Source: Truepera sp.
Lineage (GTDB): Bacteria; Deinococcota; Deinococci; Deinococcales; Trueperaceae
DNA: 64,000 nucleotides
Reading direction: 5' to 3'
NCBI GenBank assembly: GCA_965218435.1
Contig: CBDCKW010000009.1
Coordinates: 2,912,001 to 2,976,000 of the forward strand
In this document: piece by piece, positions 53,880 through 64,000 of the stretch
Position numbering within the stretch: position 1 is the first letter of the stretch
Layout: each line of letters starts with the position of its first letter
The notes under the pieces: generated by a model
Database searches by the model: none
Seen by the model: only the letters and a program-made list of their open reading frames with translations
What the model was told of the DNA's origin: nothing
Position numbers and translations under genes: made by a program

Positions 53880-54179
53880 TTATTCTTTAGCTCTGTCTTT
53901 CGCCCGCTCTTCGTGAAACTCCGCTTTGCTGTCGTGCCCTTCAGCTTCAGCACGGTCAACCCCGCCGGAGATTTTGTGTCCGGCTTTTTCAAATACGTTG
54001 TCCGAGTTTTCCGCTTTGGCGTCTTGGACGTTCGCATCGGTGCGGTTACCCGCTTCTTTACGCTTTTCGTCCGCGCTGGAAAACGCGTCCTGGGCAACAT
54101 CTTTGGCTTTGTCTACAGCTCCGCCGACACGCTCACCAAAGCTTTTATCGTTATCACTCATGATTGTGACCTCCGACAC
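53880..54179 (-). CDS. Small hydrophilic LEA/CsbD-like protein
   Basis: Highly charged K/D/E/A-rich sequence (AVDKAKDVAQD); start may be 54161. Confidence 0.65.
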   Translation of the reverse strand: MSEVTIMSDNDKSFGERVGGAVDKAKDVAQDAFSSADEKRKEAGNRTDANVQDAKAENSDNVFEKAGHKISGGVDRAEAEGHDSKAEFHEERAKDRAKE

Positions 54180-54247
54180 TAGAGTAAGCCCGCAAGAGGC
54201 TCGAGATTGTGGGTCAGCAGCTGTTTACAGCCAAAAGCAAACCGGGC

Positions 54248-56416
54248 TCAGGTTGGAGACTCGAGCCTTTGCCCCTCCAAAACACAGCGCAAAATACCGT
54301 AATCGTAGCGGCCTTCAAACCGTTCAAACAGAGGTTTAAGTCTGCTCTGCTCTTCTTCGCTCAAGGTCTGGTGCATAGCCACAATCTCGTCAATCTCCCT
54401 ATCAGACAAACCGGTGGCTTGGGTAACGCTTACGCTGCCCGCTGCCACCAACGCGGCGCAGTGTTGCAAAATGGTTGATACGGCTAATTCACGCGTTTTA
54501 GCCACCGCTTCCGGCGTCAGACCTTGGTGGATGAGTTTATGGGTCTCGAGATACGTCGCGCTCAAGTGTGAGACGGGTTGCTCGGTAAGCACCGCTAAAA
54601 ATTGCTGACCGTACCGCTCGAGTTTTACTTCGCCCACCCCCGGCACCCGCCGCAGCTCAGCGAGTGAACGCGGCCTCAGCTCAGCCATTTTGACCAGCGT
54701 CTTGTTGTCGAAAACGACGTAGGCCGGAACCTCTTGCTCTTTGGCGATGGTCGCCCGGAGCGTCCTTAACGCCTCAAAAAGTGACGCCTCTCCCCCATTT
54801 AGAATTGAACCGGGAGCTGCAACCCTACCTTTCGGCGCATTCTTGACAGCCTTTTGCGGCGTCGGGTCGTGCCGGAATTGCACTGTTTCCTGACCTTTTA
54901 AGACGGGCGTGCTGCGCGGTGAAAGTTTGAGCGTGCCGTAACCGTCGGGGTCGGTCATCAGGTAACCGCCCGCGACGAGCTGCCGCAGCACGCCGCGCCA
55001 CGCACGTTCGGTGTGTTCCGTGCCGATGCCGTAAGTGCTCAAACTCTGATGCCCCAGAGACTTGACTCTGGGCGTCTCTTTGCCCAGCAGTACGTCAATC
55101 ACATGTCCTGCGCCAAACCGTTGCCCGGTACGCACCACTGTCGAGAGGGCCTTTTGCGCCGCAACCGTGCCGTCCCAGGTATCCACAGGAGTGAGGCAGG
55201 TGTCGCAGTTGCCGCACGGCTCGGCTAGAGTTTCGCCGAAATAGGCGAGCAAGACTTGACGGCGGCATCCCGCCGATTCGCAGTAACCGAGGAGAGCTTC
55301 CAACTTCCCCGCTTCAACCCGTTTGACCGCTTCGGGCGCGGCCCCACCCGCGAGCATCCGCCGGAGCGAGACGACATCTTCTAAACCGTAGGTCATAAAG
55401 GCGTCGGCAGCTTCCCCGTCGCGGCCCGCGCGTCCGGTCTCTTGGTAATAACTCTCGAGGCTTTTGGGCAGATCTAGATGTGCGACAAAGCGCACATCGG
55501 GTTTGTCAATCCCCATGCCAAAGGCAATCGTCGCAACCATGACTAGGCCGTCTTCACGCAAAAACCGCGCCTGATGCCGCTGTCTTATGGCGGCGGCAAG
55601 TCCCGCATGGTACGGCAGCGCGTTCACCCCTTGCTTCGTGAGCCAGCTCGCCGTCTCATCTACACTTTTACGCGACAAACAGTAAACGATCCCCGCGTCG
55701 CCTTCGTGACCATCACGGTAAAACGTCAACAGTTGCTGTTTGGCCCCCTGCTTTGGGACGACCGTATAACGGATGTTGGGCCGGTCAAACGAGGAGACGA
55801 ACTGTTGCGCCCTCCCTAAGCTGAGGCGTTCGACCATCTCGCGCCGGGTGGCGTCGTCGGCGGTCGCCGTAAGCGCAATTCTCGGCACCTCGGGAAAACG
55901 CTCGGCCAAGAGCGACAAGCCGATGTATTCAGGCCGAAAGTCGTGGCCCCACTGGGAGACGCAGTGCGCTTCATCAATGGCAAACAGGGCGACGCAGCTC
56001 CGAGTAAGCAGGTCTAAAAAACGCGGTGTGAGGAGGCGTTCGGGCGCGACATAGAGAAGGTCTAGGTCACCGGAAAGCAGGTCGCGCTCGACCTTAAAAG
56101 CATCTTGCGGGGTGAGGCTCGAGTTCAAAAAAGCAGCCTTGACGCCGAGTTGCAAGAGCGCGTCTACCTGGTCTTGCATCAGCGCAATTAAGGGCGACAC
56201 GACGATGCCGACGCCAGGACGGAGCATGGCCGGAAGCTGATAGCAGAGCGATTTGCCGCCGCCGGTCGGCATCAACACGAGCGCGTCACCGCCGCCCAGC
56301 ACCTGTTCAATGATGGCGGCCTGTGCGCCCCGAAACTCGCCGTAGCCGAAGGTTTTTTGGAGCACCGCTTGGGCGCGCGTCATCGTCGCAGAACCGCTTA
56401 TCATCTTGGTGTCCAA
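54248..56416 (-). CDS. recQ: DNA helicase RecQ
   Basis: [37 protein letters not shown], Zn-binding/RQC region, HRDC and C-terminal HTH. Confidence 0.97.
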   Translation of the reverse strand: MDTKMISGSATMTRAQAVLQKTFGYGEFRGAQAAIIEQVLGGGDALVLMPTGGGKSLCYQLPAMLRPGVGIVVSPLIALMQDQVDALLQLGVKAAFLNSSLTPQDAFKVERDLLSGDLDLLYVAPERLLTPRFLDLLTRSCVALFAIDEAHCVSQWGHDFRPEYIGLSLLAERFPEVPRIALTATADDATRREMVERLSLGRAQQFVSSFDRPNIRYTVVPKQGAKQQLLTFYRDGHEGDAGIVYCLSRKSVDETASWLTKQGVNALPYHAGLAAAIRQRHQARFLREDGLVMVATIAFGMGIDKPDVRFVAHLDLPKSLESYYQETGRAGRDGEAADAFMTYGLEDVVSLRRMLAGGAAPEAVKRVEAGKLEALLGYCESAGCRRQVLLAYFGETLAEPCGNCDTCLTPVDTWDGTVAAQKALSTVVRTGQRFGAGHVIDVLLGKETPRVKSLGHQSLSTYGIGTEHTERAWRGVLRQLVAGGYLMTDPDGYGTLKLSPRSTPVLKGQETVQFRHDPTPQKAVKNAPKGRVAAPGSILNGGEASLFEALRTLRATIAKEQEVPAYVVFDNKTLVKMAELRPRSLAELRRVPGVGEVKLERYGQQFLAVLTEQPVSHLSATYLETHKLIHQGLTPEAVAKTRELAVSTILQHCAALVAAGSVSVTQATGLSDREIDEIVAMHQTLSEEEQSRLKPLFERFEGRYDYGILRCVLEGQRLESPT

Positions 56417-56500
56417 TTCGCTAGCATGGGCTCTACAGGTGTATTAGGCGGCGGTCTCAGCATCAGCCACTAAGTTTACCGCGTAGGTTGTGCTCAGGGC

Positions 56501-57523
56501 TTAACCGAGAACTTTTACGGACTGCCCGACCCAGGTTACCGACGACGACAAGACAAGCCGTTCGGCGGGCTTTTCGGCCCCCCTTATCCGGCTCAGCAGA
56601 AGCTCTGCGGCTTGCTGACCGATGTCATAGGCCGGTTGCGTCACGCTCAAGATTCGGGGCAAGTTGGGCAGCCACTCGAGCGCGTCAAACGCTGCGAGCG
56701 CCACGGTTTCGGGAATCGCAAGGTTATGCTCAAAGAGGTAACGCAGCGCCCCGAGCGTCAGCAGTTTCGAGCCGGTAAAGAGCGCCGTGGGCGGTTCGGG
56801 ACGCTCGAGCAAAGCTTGCGTCAGCCGGTACCCTTCAGCCTCAACGGGTTTGCCGAAGACGGCCAGCTCAGGCTGAAACATTATGTTTGCACCCTTTAGG
56901 GCTTGCCGGTAACCCGCAAAACGCTGTTGTCCGGTGGAGATAGACAAGTCGGATAAAATTGCGCCGATCCGCGTATGCCCCTCACCAAGAAGTTGAGACA
57001 CGGCGACTCTCGAGGCTTCTTGGTTATCTGAAACCACCGTGTCTACCCCCAGCCCCTGAACCTCACGGTCAATGACGACGAGCGGAATGCCAATCTGTAA
57101 GAACGTCCGGTACGCCTCAGCTTCGGCGTGCGCCGGGGTCAAGATCACGCCCGCTACTTGTTCGTCGAAAAGGAGCTCGAGGTAGAGCGCCTCACGCTCG
57201 CTATTTTCGTCGGTGTTACATAAAAAGACGGCGAACCCGTGCGGCAGCGCGGCGTCTTCAACCGCGCGGACGACCTGGTTAAAAAAAGGATTTTGAATGT
57301 CGGACACGACCAAACCGATAACCCGCGACCGCTGCACCCGCAAAGAACGGGCGATACGGTTGGGCCGGTAGTGAAGCGCCTGAGCCGCCCCCAGCACCCG
57401 CGCCCGCACCGCCGCGCTCACATAGGGTTTGCCCGCGAGCACTCTCGAGACCGTCGCCGCCGAGACGCCCGCCCGCTCCGCTACATCTTTGATGCGGCTG
57501 ACGCCCCCTCGTTTTTCGGCCAT
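56501..57523 (-). CDS. LacI family transcriptional regulator
   Basis: IKDVAERAGVSAATVSRVL, YRPNRIARSL. Confidence 0.95.
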   Translation of the reverse strand: MAEKRGGVSRIKDVAERAGVSAATVSRVLAGKPYVSAAVRARVLGAAQALHYRPNRIARSLRVQRSRVIGLVVSDIQNPFFNQVVRAVEDAALPHGFAVFLCNTDENSEREALYLELLFDEQVAGVILTPAHAEAEAYRTFLQIGIPLVVIDREVQGLGVDTVVSDNQEASRVAVSQLLGEGHTRIGAILSDLSISTGQQRFAGYRQALKGANIMFQPELAVFGKPVEAEGYRLTQALLERPEPPTALFTGSKLLTLGALRYLFEHNLAIPETVALAAFDALEWLPNLPRILSVTQPAYDIGQQAAELLLSRIRGAEKPAERLVLSSSVTWVGQSVKVLG

Positions 57524-57530
57524 GGGTGAC

Positions 57531-57631
57531 TGTAATCGATTTTAAGCGCCTATGCAAACACTGCCCCGCCGCAAACCTTGACAAACGCCACCTTTGGGAC
57601 TACGCTCAGCTGAGAACTGCAATCGATTACA
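57531..57631. promoter_or_regulatory. Two LacI-type operators flanking a promoter
   Basis: TGTAATCGATTTTA (57531-44) and TGCAATCGATTACA (57618-31); TTGACA at 57578. Confidence 0.65.
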
Positions 57632-57729
57632 AGGAGGTGACCTGCGACGCGTGACGTGCGCTGCACCCGACGAACCCTATGTTGGCACTTTGCCGACGCC
57701 CGTACTTAGCCAACTTTCAGGAGGCACCG

Positions 57730-58743
57730 ATGAACATCGCTAAAACCGCCCGCCGCTCCGCCGCTGCACTTTTGCTGGGCGCTTCGCTTTTTGCCGGTAC
57801 CGCGTTAGCCCAAGACAAGCCCATCGTTGGACTGATTACCAAGACCGAAACCAACCCGTTTTTTGTCAAGATGCGTGAGGGTGCGCAGGCCAAGGCCAAC
57901 GAGTTGGGCTTGCAACTGCTGACCGCAGCCGGCTCGTTTGACGGTGACAACGAGGCGCAAGTAACCGCGATTGAAAACATGGTCAACGCGGGCGCAAAGG
58001 GTATCTTGCTTGTCCCGAGCGACTCGAGCGCCATCGTTCCGTCGGTGCAGCGCGCCCGCGACCAGGGCGTCGTGGTGATCGCCCTCGACACGCCGCTTAA
58101 CCCCCAAGATGCCAGCGACGCCCTTTTTGCCACCGACAACTTTAAGGCCGGTCAGCTGATCGGCGAGTACGCCAAAGCCGTGATGGGTGACACCACGCCG
58201 GTCGTCGCCACGTTGGACCTCAACCCCGGTATTACCGTCGGAACCCTCCGGCACAACGGCTTTATGGCGGGTTACGGCCTCGCCGATGTGGGCGCTGACG
58301 CCCCCGATCAGGTCAACAGCCCCGAAGTCGTTTGTAGCCAAGATACGCAGGGCGACCAGACCAAAGGTCAAACGGCGATGGAAAACTGTCTAACCTCAAA
58401 CCCGGACATCAATTTGGTCTACACCATCAACGAACCCGCCGCGTTCGGCGCAGCGACTGCGATTCGTAACGCCGGACTCGCCGACCAGGTTACGGTCGTC
58501 TCGGTTGACGGCGGCTGCGCGGGTGTCCGCGGCGTCCAGGGCGGCCAGATTGCCGCGACCTCGCAGCAGTATCCGCTCAAAATGGCCTCTTTAGGGGTCG
58601 AAGCGATCGCCGAATTCGTCAAGTCAGGCACTAAACCTTCAGGCTACACCGATACCGGTGTCACGCTGATTACCGATAACGCCGTAGACGGCGTAGACAG
58701 CCAAGATACGGCGTACGGGCTCGAGAACTGCTGGGGCGAGTAG
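57730..58743 (+). CDS. Sugar ABC transporter substrate-binding protein (FrcB-like)
   Basis: GLITKTETNPFFVKM, VYTINEP, SVDGGC, TSQQYPLKMA; AGGAGG RBS. Confidence 0.92.
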   Translation: MNIAKTARRSAAALLLGASLFAGTALAQDKPIVGLITKTETNPFFVKMREGAQAKANELGLQLLTAAGSFDGDNEAQVTAIENMVNAGAKGILLVPSDSSAIVPSVQRARDQGVVVIALDTPLNPQDASDALFATDNFKAGQLIGEYAKAVMGDTTPVVATLDLNPGITVGTLRHNGFMAGYGLADVGADAPDQVNSPEVVCSQDTQGDQTKGQTAMENCLTSNPDINLVYTINEPAAFGAATAIRNAGLADQVTVVSVDGGCAGVRGVQGGQIAATSQQYPLKMASLGVEAIAEFVKSGTKPSGYTDTGVTLITDNAVDGVDSQDTAYGLENCWGE

Positions 58744-58767
58744 CCTAAAACGTCCTCTAAGCTTTCG

Positions 58768-58845
58768 GTTTAGACGTAAATGTTTAGATAAACGTAGATG
58801 TTTAGATAGACGTGGGTATTTAGATATAGGTGTTTAGACGTGAGT
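58768..58845. repeat. Five degenerate short tandem units containing RTTTAGA
   Basis: GTTTAGACGTAAAT|GTTTAGATAAACGTAGAT|GTTTAGATAGACGTGGGT|ATTTAGATATAGGT|GTTTAGACGTGAGT. Confidence 0.7.
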
Positions 58846-58895
58846 GCAGCGGACTTTGCTCCGCTGCACAGCTTTAACACTATTTGAGGGGGACT

Positions 58896-59876
58896 ATGAC
58901 TGCTGCTTCCGGACAGAGTACGTCGCGCCGTGTGGTCGGCTTTTTAACCGCGCCCGCCGTCAGCCCGCTGATCGCGCTGATCATTGCCGTAATCATCTTT
59001 GCCACCCAATCCGACCGCTTTTTAACGGGTCGGAACTTTTCGCTGATCGTGCAGCAAGTCATGGTCGTCGGTACCCTCGCCATCGGGCAAACGCTGATTA
59101 TTTTAACGGCCGGGATTGACCTCTCGAACGGCCTGATCAGCGCCCTCGGCGGCGTCGTGATGACCAAAATTGCCGTAGCCAACGGTGTCAACCCTATTTT
59201 AGCGATTTTGGTAGGTATCCTCGTTTGTACGTTGTTCGGAGCCCTTAACGGTCTCTTAATTACCCGCCTCCGCCTGCCGCCCTTTATCGTGACGCTGGGA
59301 ACGCTTAATATCGCCTTTGCGCTGGTGCGTATCTACTCGACGCAGACGATTACCGGCCTCCCCAGAGTGCAGACTGCGCTCGGCAACACCTTTATCGTCG
59401 GCGGCACCGCGATCTCTTACGGCTCGATTTTAGTTTTTGCGCTCTACTTGGTGGTCTGGTACATGCTGCAAAATACCGCCTTCGGACGGCATATCTACGC
59501 AGTCGGTGACGACCCCGAGGCGGCGCGGCTGACCGGCATTCCGGTCAACCGGGTGCTGCTCGCAGTCTATACGCTGGCCGGAGTGACCTACGGGATTGCG
59601 GCGCTCATGCTGATTGCGCGTACCGGCGTCGGTGACCCGCAAGCCGGTCAAGACGCGAACTTAGAGAGCATCACGGCTGTCGTACTAGGCGGTACGAGTC
59701 TCTTCGGCGGACGCGGCAACATCATGGGGACGCTGCTCGGCGTTCTCATCGTCGGGGTCTTTCGGAACGGCTTGCAGCTGACCGGGGTACCGTCCATCTA
59801 TCAAGTTTTAATTACCGGGATTTTGGTGATCTTGGCGGTGGCGGTGGATCAGGTCTCGAGGAGGACGCGTTCATGA
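58896..59876 (+). CDS. Sugar ABC permease (FrcC-like)
   Basis: ILTAGIDLS, PPFIVTLG, ITAVVLGGTSLFGG. Confidence 0.94.
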   Translation: MTAASGQSTSRRVVGFLTAPAVSPLIALIIAVIIFATQSDRFLTGRNFSLIVQQVMVVGTLAIGQTLIILTAGIDLSNGLISALGGVVMTKIAVANGVNPILAILVGILVCTLFGALNGLLITRLRLPPFIVTLGTLNIAFALVRIYSTQTITGLPRVQTALGNTFIVGGTAISYGSILVFALYLVVWYMLQNTAFGRHIYAVGDDPEAARLTGIPVNRVLLAVYTLAGVTYGIAALMLIARTGVGDPQAGQDANLESITAVVLGGTSLFGGRGNIMGTLLGVLIVGVFRNGLQLTGVPSIYQVLITGILVILAVAVDQVSRRTRS

Positions 59877-60691
59877 GCCGAGTCAGCGTGACAGAGACGC
59901 AGCAAAGCGTTCCGGGCAACAGCCAAACACCGGTCTTAGAAGCTAGGGGGCTCGTTAAACATTACGGTCAGGTCGTCGCCATGGACGGGGCCGACTTCGA
60001 CCTCTACCCCGGTGAGATTTTAGCCGTTATTGGGGATAACGGGGCGGGCAAATCCACGCTGATCAAGGCGCTTTCGGGGGCGGTCGTGCCCGACTCGGGC
60101 AAGATATTTTTGAACGGCAACGAGGTTAAGCTCCGCACACCCCTCGACGCGCGGGGGTATGGCATCGAAACGGTCCACCAGTCGCTCGCCGTCGCCCCGG
60201 CCTTAAATATCGTAGACAACATGTTTATGGGTCGTGAAATCCGCAAGGGCGGCTTTATGGGCAAGTATTTGCGGATGCTCGACAAAAAGAAGATGCTAGA
60301 GGACGCCACGGTCTACATGCAAGACCTCGAGTTCCGTATCCAGTCTATGAAGCAGCCTGTTGAAACGCTCTCAGGTGGACAACGCCAAGGGGTCGCTGTG
60401 GCACGGGCCGCCGCGTTTGCCCAAAACGTCATCATCTTAGACGAACCGACCGCAGCTTTGGGCGTAAAAGAATCGGGGATGGTCTTAGAGCTGATTCAAA
60501 AGGTACGAGAGCGCGGTTTACCGGTCATTCTAATCAGCCACAATATGCCGCACGTCTTTGAAATCGCCGACCGAATTCATGTGCACCGGATGGGCAAACG
60601 TACGGCGATTGTAAAGCCGAATGATTACAGCATGTCAGACGTCGTAGCGATTATGACGGGGGCGCTCGAGGTCAATCAAGAGAAGAATTAA
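59873..60691 (+). CDS. Sugar ABC ATP-binding protein (FrcA-like)
   Basis: GDNGAGKST, LSGGQRQ, DEPTAALG. Confidence 0.94.
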   Translation: MSRVSVTETQQSVPGNSQTPVLEARGLVKHYGQVVAMDGADFDLYPGEILAVIGDNGAGKSTLIKALSGAVVPDSGKIFLNGNEVKLRTPLDARGYGIETVHQSLAVAPALNIVDNMFMGREIRKGGFMGKYLRMLDKKKMLEDATVYMQDLEFRIQSMKQPVETLSGGQRQGVAVARAAAFAQNVIILDEPTAALGVKESGMVLELIQKVRERGLPVILISHNMPHVFEIADRIHVHRMGKRTAIVKPNDYSMSDVVAIMTGALEVNQEKN

Positions 60692-61078
60692 ACCTTGGGT
60701 TCGGGGGTGCGTCGGCTACACACTATGGGTGGCTGGCGCACTTTTTTGGTCTCGAGTAGCTGGTGCAGCCTCGAGGCAGAGACCGCTGGCGTTAGGGCTG
60801 TTACAAGCCTCGAGACGCGTCATCGTTCCGCGGAGGATGCGCGGGTCGGTGGCAAACTCGACGGCGCAGACGTAACCAAAGGCTGCGTGCAGGTACCTAG
60901 CGATAGCAGACAGGCAGCTTAAACCGAAACACGGCATTCTCCAGAGCAGTCGTGATTAACTGTTAGCGCAGCCTCTATAAAGCTCTACCGACGCTTAACT
61001 TACAGAGCTAGAAACGCCTGAGCAAGCGGCGTACCTGCTCGGGCGTTTCCCCAAACCTAAAGTTATGATGGTGTCAGC

Positions 61079-62288
61079 TTAAGCAAACACATCCGCGACG
61101 TAGCGAGTGCTGGTGCGCTCGAGTTCATCCGCCCAACTATTCGCCGCTTCAAAACTCACCCCAGCCGCCTCCTGATAGATACGCACGAAGGTTTCGCGCA
61201 CCGCCGGGGCCATCCGTTTGCCGTCGCCGCAGACATAGATGTGCGCGTTTTGCCGAAAGAGCTGCTCCACCTCTTTGCGGTCTTGCCAGAGCCGGTCTTG
61301 CACGTATTTGGCCTCGGCTTCGGGCTGGTGCGAAAACGCTGGATACACGCGGACGACACCCTCAGCTTCCCAAGCCTTCAGCTCCTCTTGGTACAAGAAG
61401 TCCATGTCAGGGGCGTCACAGCCGAAAAAGAGGAGCGCAGGGCCGACCGCTTGCCCGTGTTCTTTTTGCAGGGCGCGTTCTTGTAAAAAGCCGTGAAACG
61501 GCGCGACGCCGGTACCGGCGCACGCCATAATGATAGGCGTTTCAGGTGAGGCGGGCGGGTGAAAGGCGACGTTCGGGGGCCTAACCGCGACAGGGATACG
61601 GGTACCGGGTTCGGCGTGCGCGAGAAAGCTCGAGGCGACCCCGACATAACGCCCTTGCCCCGACGCGGCGGGGGCGTCTAAGACTGAAAACGTCAGGGTG
61701 CAGTGGTCGGCTTTCCACAAGGGTGACGACGAGATGGAGTACTGCCGTGCGCGAAGGGGCGGGAGCATGGCGAGAAAGTCGGCGAAGGTCAGTTCACACG
61801 CTTGGAAACGCTCGAGCAACTCGAGCACACTCACCCGCTTAGCCAAAACCTCGGCGTCATAGTCTTTAGCGAGGGCTTCCAACTCATGTTTTTCCGGCGG
61901 GCAGCGCGTTGCGTCCGCCAGTGCCTCGACTTGCTTTTGGGTCGCGGGTTGCGCCAACTCGACGTAATTCGCCAACAGGTCACCGACGCTTACCTGGTAG
62001 CCGGTCGGCAATGAGGTCAGGCCGCTCGAGCGAATCACCATCCGGTCGTCTACTGCAAACGAGAAACGCCGCAACGCCCGCTCGACGTTTTGCGGCGGAT
62101 TGGTCGGCAACACCGCCAGGTAGTCGCCGGTGCGGTACGTCATGCCTTCAGGGAGTTTGATCTCCACGTGCCGCTTGGAACGACCCAAGGGTGAGGCCAT
62201 ATTGACCAACTCGCGGTTTTCGACGACTTCGCCGAGCTGCAACTCGTTTTGCCGTAAAACGCCCTGACGTGTGCCCCGGACGAGCTCG
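61079..62288 (-). pseudogene. FAD/NADPH-binding part of a CYP102 (P450 BM3-type) bifunctional reductase, 5'-truncated
   Basis: YRTGDYLAVLP, RQYSISSSP, GTGVAPFHGF, YVQD, terminal RYVADVF; no heme or FMN domain upstream. Confidence 0.82.
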
Positions 62289-62422
62289 CCCAAAAAACGC
62301 CTGAGACCTACCCAGTTTTGCTGAATTTGCCTGCGCCACCTGACTCGGAAGACGAAAACTTCGAGATAGCTTTGGGGCTGTTAGTCGCTGGGATTGAAGG
62401 TCTGACGCTACGCCCTAACTGA
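62282..62422 (+). pseudogene. TetR-family C-terminal remnant
   Basis: Manual translation ELAQKTPETYPVLLNLPAPPDSEDENFEIALGLLVAGIEGLTLRPN*; no start or HTH. Confidence 0.55.
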
Positions 62423-62581
62423 GTTTTGTTGACCTTCCGAGTCCAGCTAGAGGTGTTTGCAGTATTTCCTCTGAAAGAAATTAGCATCCAGAATTAAGAA
62501 ACGCTGGCTCCTTAGTCGAACCAGCGTTTCTTAAGCGTTTAAGGCATAAGGTCAATACGACCCAGCTTTACGCAAACCCGG

Positions 62582-63940
62582 CTACGCCAACCAACCGGCG
62601 AACGTCTGCACCAATAAGTAGCCGTTTAAGACGACGATGATTCCAGTGACGATCCAGGCCAGCGTTACGAGCCACGGTTTGTTGACAAACCGTCCCATCT
62701 TGGCTTTAGAGTTGGTAAACATCACGAGCGGAATCACGGCAAACGAGAGCTGCAGCGATAAGATCACCTGGCTGAGGATCAGCAGGTCGTTCGCGCCTCT
62801 AGCTCCGTAGAGTCCGGCAACAATGGCGGCCGGCACGATGGCAATGGCTCTTGTAATCAGCCGCCTGAGCCACGGAGCCAGCCGGATGTTCAAAAAACCT
62901 TCCATGACAATCTGTCCGGCCAACGTCCCGGTCAGGGTCGAGTTTTGCCCTGACGCGAGGAGCGCCACGGCAAAGAGCGTACTGGCGAGACCTGCGCCGA
63001 GCACCGGCGTCAAGAGTTTGTACGCATCTTCGATCTCAGCAACGTTCGCGTACTGGGTCCCGTGAAAGGTGGCAGCGGCGAGGATCAAAATTGCAGCGTT
63101 GATGAAAAAAGCGAACAGCAAAGAGACGGTTGAATCAATCGTCGCAAAACGGATTGCCGAACCTTTGTCTTCATGTTTTTTCCCGATTGCCCGCGTTTGC
63201 ACGATGCTCGAGTGCAGATACAGATTGTGCGGCATCACGGTTGCGCCTAAAATCCCGATGGCGATATAGAGCGCACTCGGGTTGACGACGATTTCAGGTC
63301 TAGGCAGGAGTCCCCCCAATATTCCCGGTATAGACGGATGCGAGACGATGAGTTCGTAGAGAAAAGAGAGTCCGATGACGCCGATGAGCGCCCCGACAAT
63401 GGCCTCGATGTAGCGAAAGCCTCGGTGTTGTAAAAATAAGATCAGCAGTACGTCAATCGCGGTGAGCAGCACCCCGATCACCAGCGGCAACCCAAAAAGC
63501 AGGTTGAGCGCAATCGCTGAACCGATAACCTCAGCGAGGTCGCACGCGGCAATGGCGATTTCACATAAAATCCAGAGGACAAAAGATACCGGGCGCGAAT
63601 AGTTGTCACGGCACGCCTGCGCCAGATCGCGGCCCGAGACGATACCGAGCTTGAGCGATAAGTGCTGCAATAAAATTGCCATAAAGTTTGAGATTAAGAC
63701 GACCGATAGGAGCAAATAACCGAACTGTGCGCCACCTGCTAGATCAGTAGCCCAGTTGCCGGGGTCCATATAACCGACGGCAACGAGTAACCCCGGTCCA
63801 GCAAAGGCGAGCAGTTTACGCCAGAAACCTGCCCCTTCAGGAACCCGGATGCTGCCGAAGACTTCGGGGAGAGAGGCCCGTTCGCTTTCTTTGCGCCAGC
63901 CGCCCTTAACCCTTGGCTCGGAAGACTTTACATTCGACAT
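62582..63940 (-). CDS. mntH: Nramp divalent metal (Mn2+) transporter
   Basis: [29 protein letters not shown]. Confidence 0.97.
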   Translation of the reverse strand: MSNVKSSEPRVKGGWRKESERASLPEVFGSIRVPEGAGFWRKLLAFAGPGLLVAVGYMDPGNWATDLAGGAQFGYLLLSVVLISNFMAILLQHLSLKLGIVSGRDLAQACRDNYSRPVSFVLWILCEIAIAACDLAEVIGSAIALNLLFGLPLVIGVLLTAIDVLLILFLQHRGFRYIEAIVGALIGVIGLSFLYELIVSHPSIPGILGGLLPRPEIVVNPSALYIAIGILGATVMPHNLYLHSSIVQTRAIGKKHEDKGSAIRFATIDSTVSLLFAFFINAAILILAAATFHGTQYANVAEIEDAYKLLTPVLGAGLASTLFAVALLASGQNSTLTGTLAGQIVMEGFLNIRLAPWLRRLITRAIAIVPAAIVAGLYGARGANDLLILSQVILSLQLSFAVIPLVMFTNSKAKMGRFVNKPWLVTLAWIVTGIIVVLNGYLLVQTFAGWLA

Positions 63941-63979
63941 GTGGACTCACTCACTTACAACAGGTTGGATTGAGCAAGG

Positions 63980-63995
63980 TTTAGGCTTGCCTAAA
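63980..63995. promoter_or_regulatory. DtxR/MntR-like palindrome upstream of mntH
   Basis: TTTAGGC-TT-GCCTAAA, 40 bp upstream of the mntH start. Confidence 0.6.
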
Positions 63996-64000
63996 GACAA

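Noticed and set aside
56417..56500. Radiation/desiccation response motif upstream of recQ
   Set aside because: No convincing 17-bp palindrome.
60695..60937. 73-75-aa ORFs downstream of the sugar ATPase
   Set aside because: No recognisable motif and overlapping on opposite strands; left uncalled.
61012..62305. 11-bp direct repeat AAACGCCTGAG flanking the reductase fragment as a target-site duplication
   Set aside because: The left copy is an arm of a terminator-like hairpin and the right copy lies in the TetR-like frame; no mobile-element ends.

Overview
Chromosomal window from a GC-rich Deinococcota bacterium, probably Truepera-like, judged from the 16S rRNA and gene content. It is mostly housekeeping genes: gatB, hslO, coaD, meaB, gpsA, tmk, plsY, bshB1, ilvE, proS, metG, recQ, mntH and several ABC/DMT transporters. 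It also holds a stand-alone 16S rRNA gene with a duplicated promoter/leader and a complete type I-C CRISPR-Cas locus (cas3-5-8c-7-4-1-2; 19 repeats, 18 spacers). Accessory material includes a decayed patch at ~9.8-13.9 kb (truncated PIN toxin, IS982, truncated SDR, two IS5 elements), a lower-GC XRE-ImmA/IrrE + DUF4411 PIN pair, and a deletion scar joining a P450-BM3-type reductase fragment to a TetR tail. Signals beyond the ORF track: strong over-iteration of the palindrome CTCGAG, an apparent ATA start for cas3, a hidden internal cas11 start, IS ends supplying start codons to both neighbours, three unannotated or tiny ORFs around an HTH/ABC exporter, and a nucleotidyltransferase cluster with a GrpB-ANT fusion. 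I cannot prove a new system from sequence alone. All family calls come from motif recognition, not database searches.
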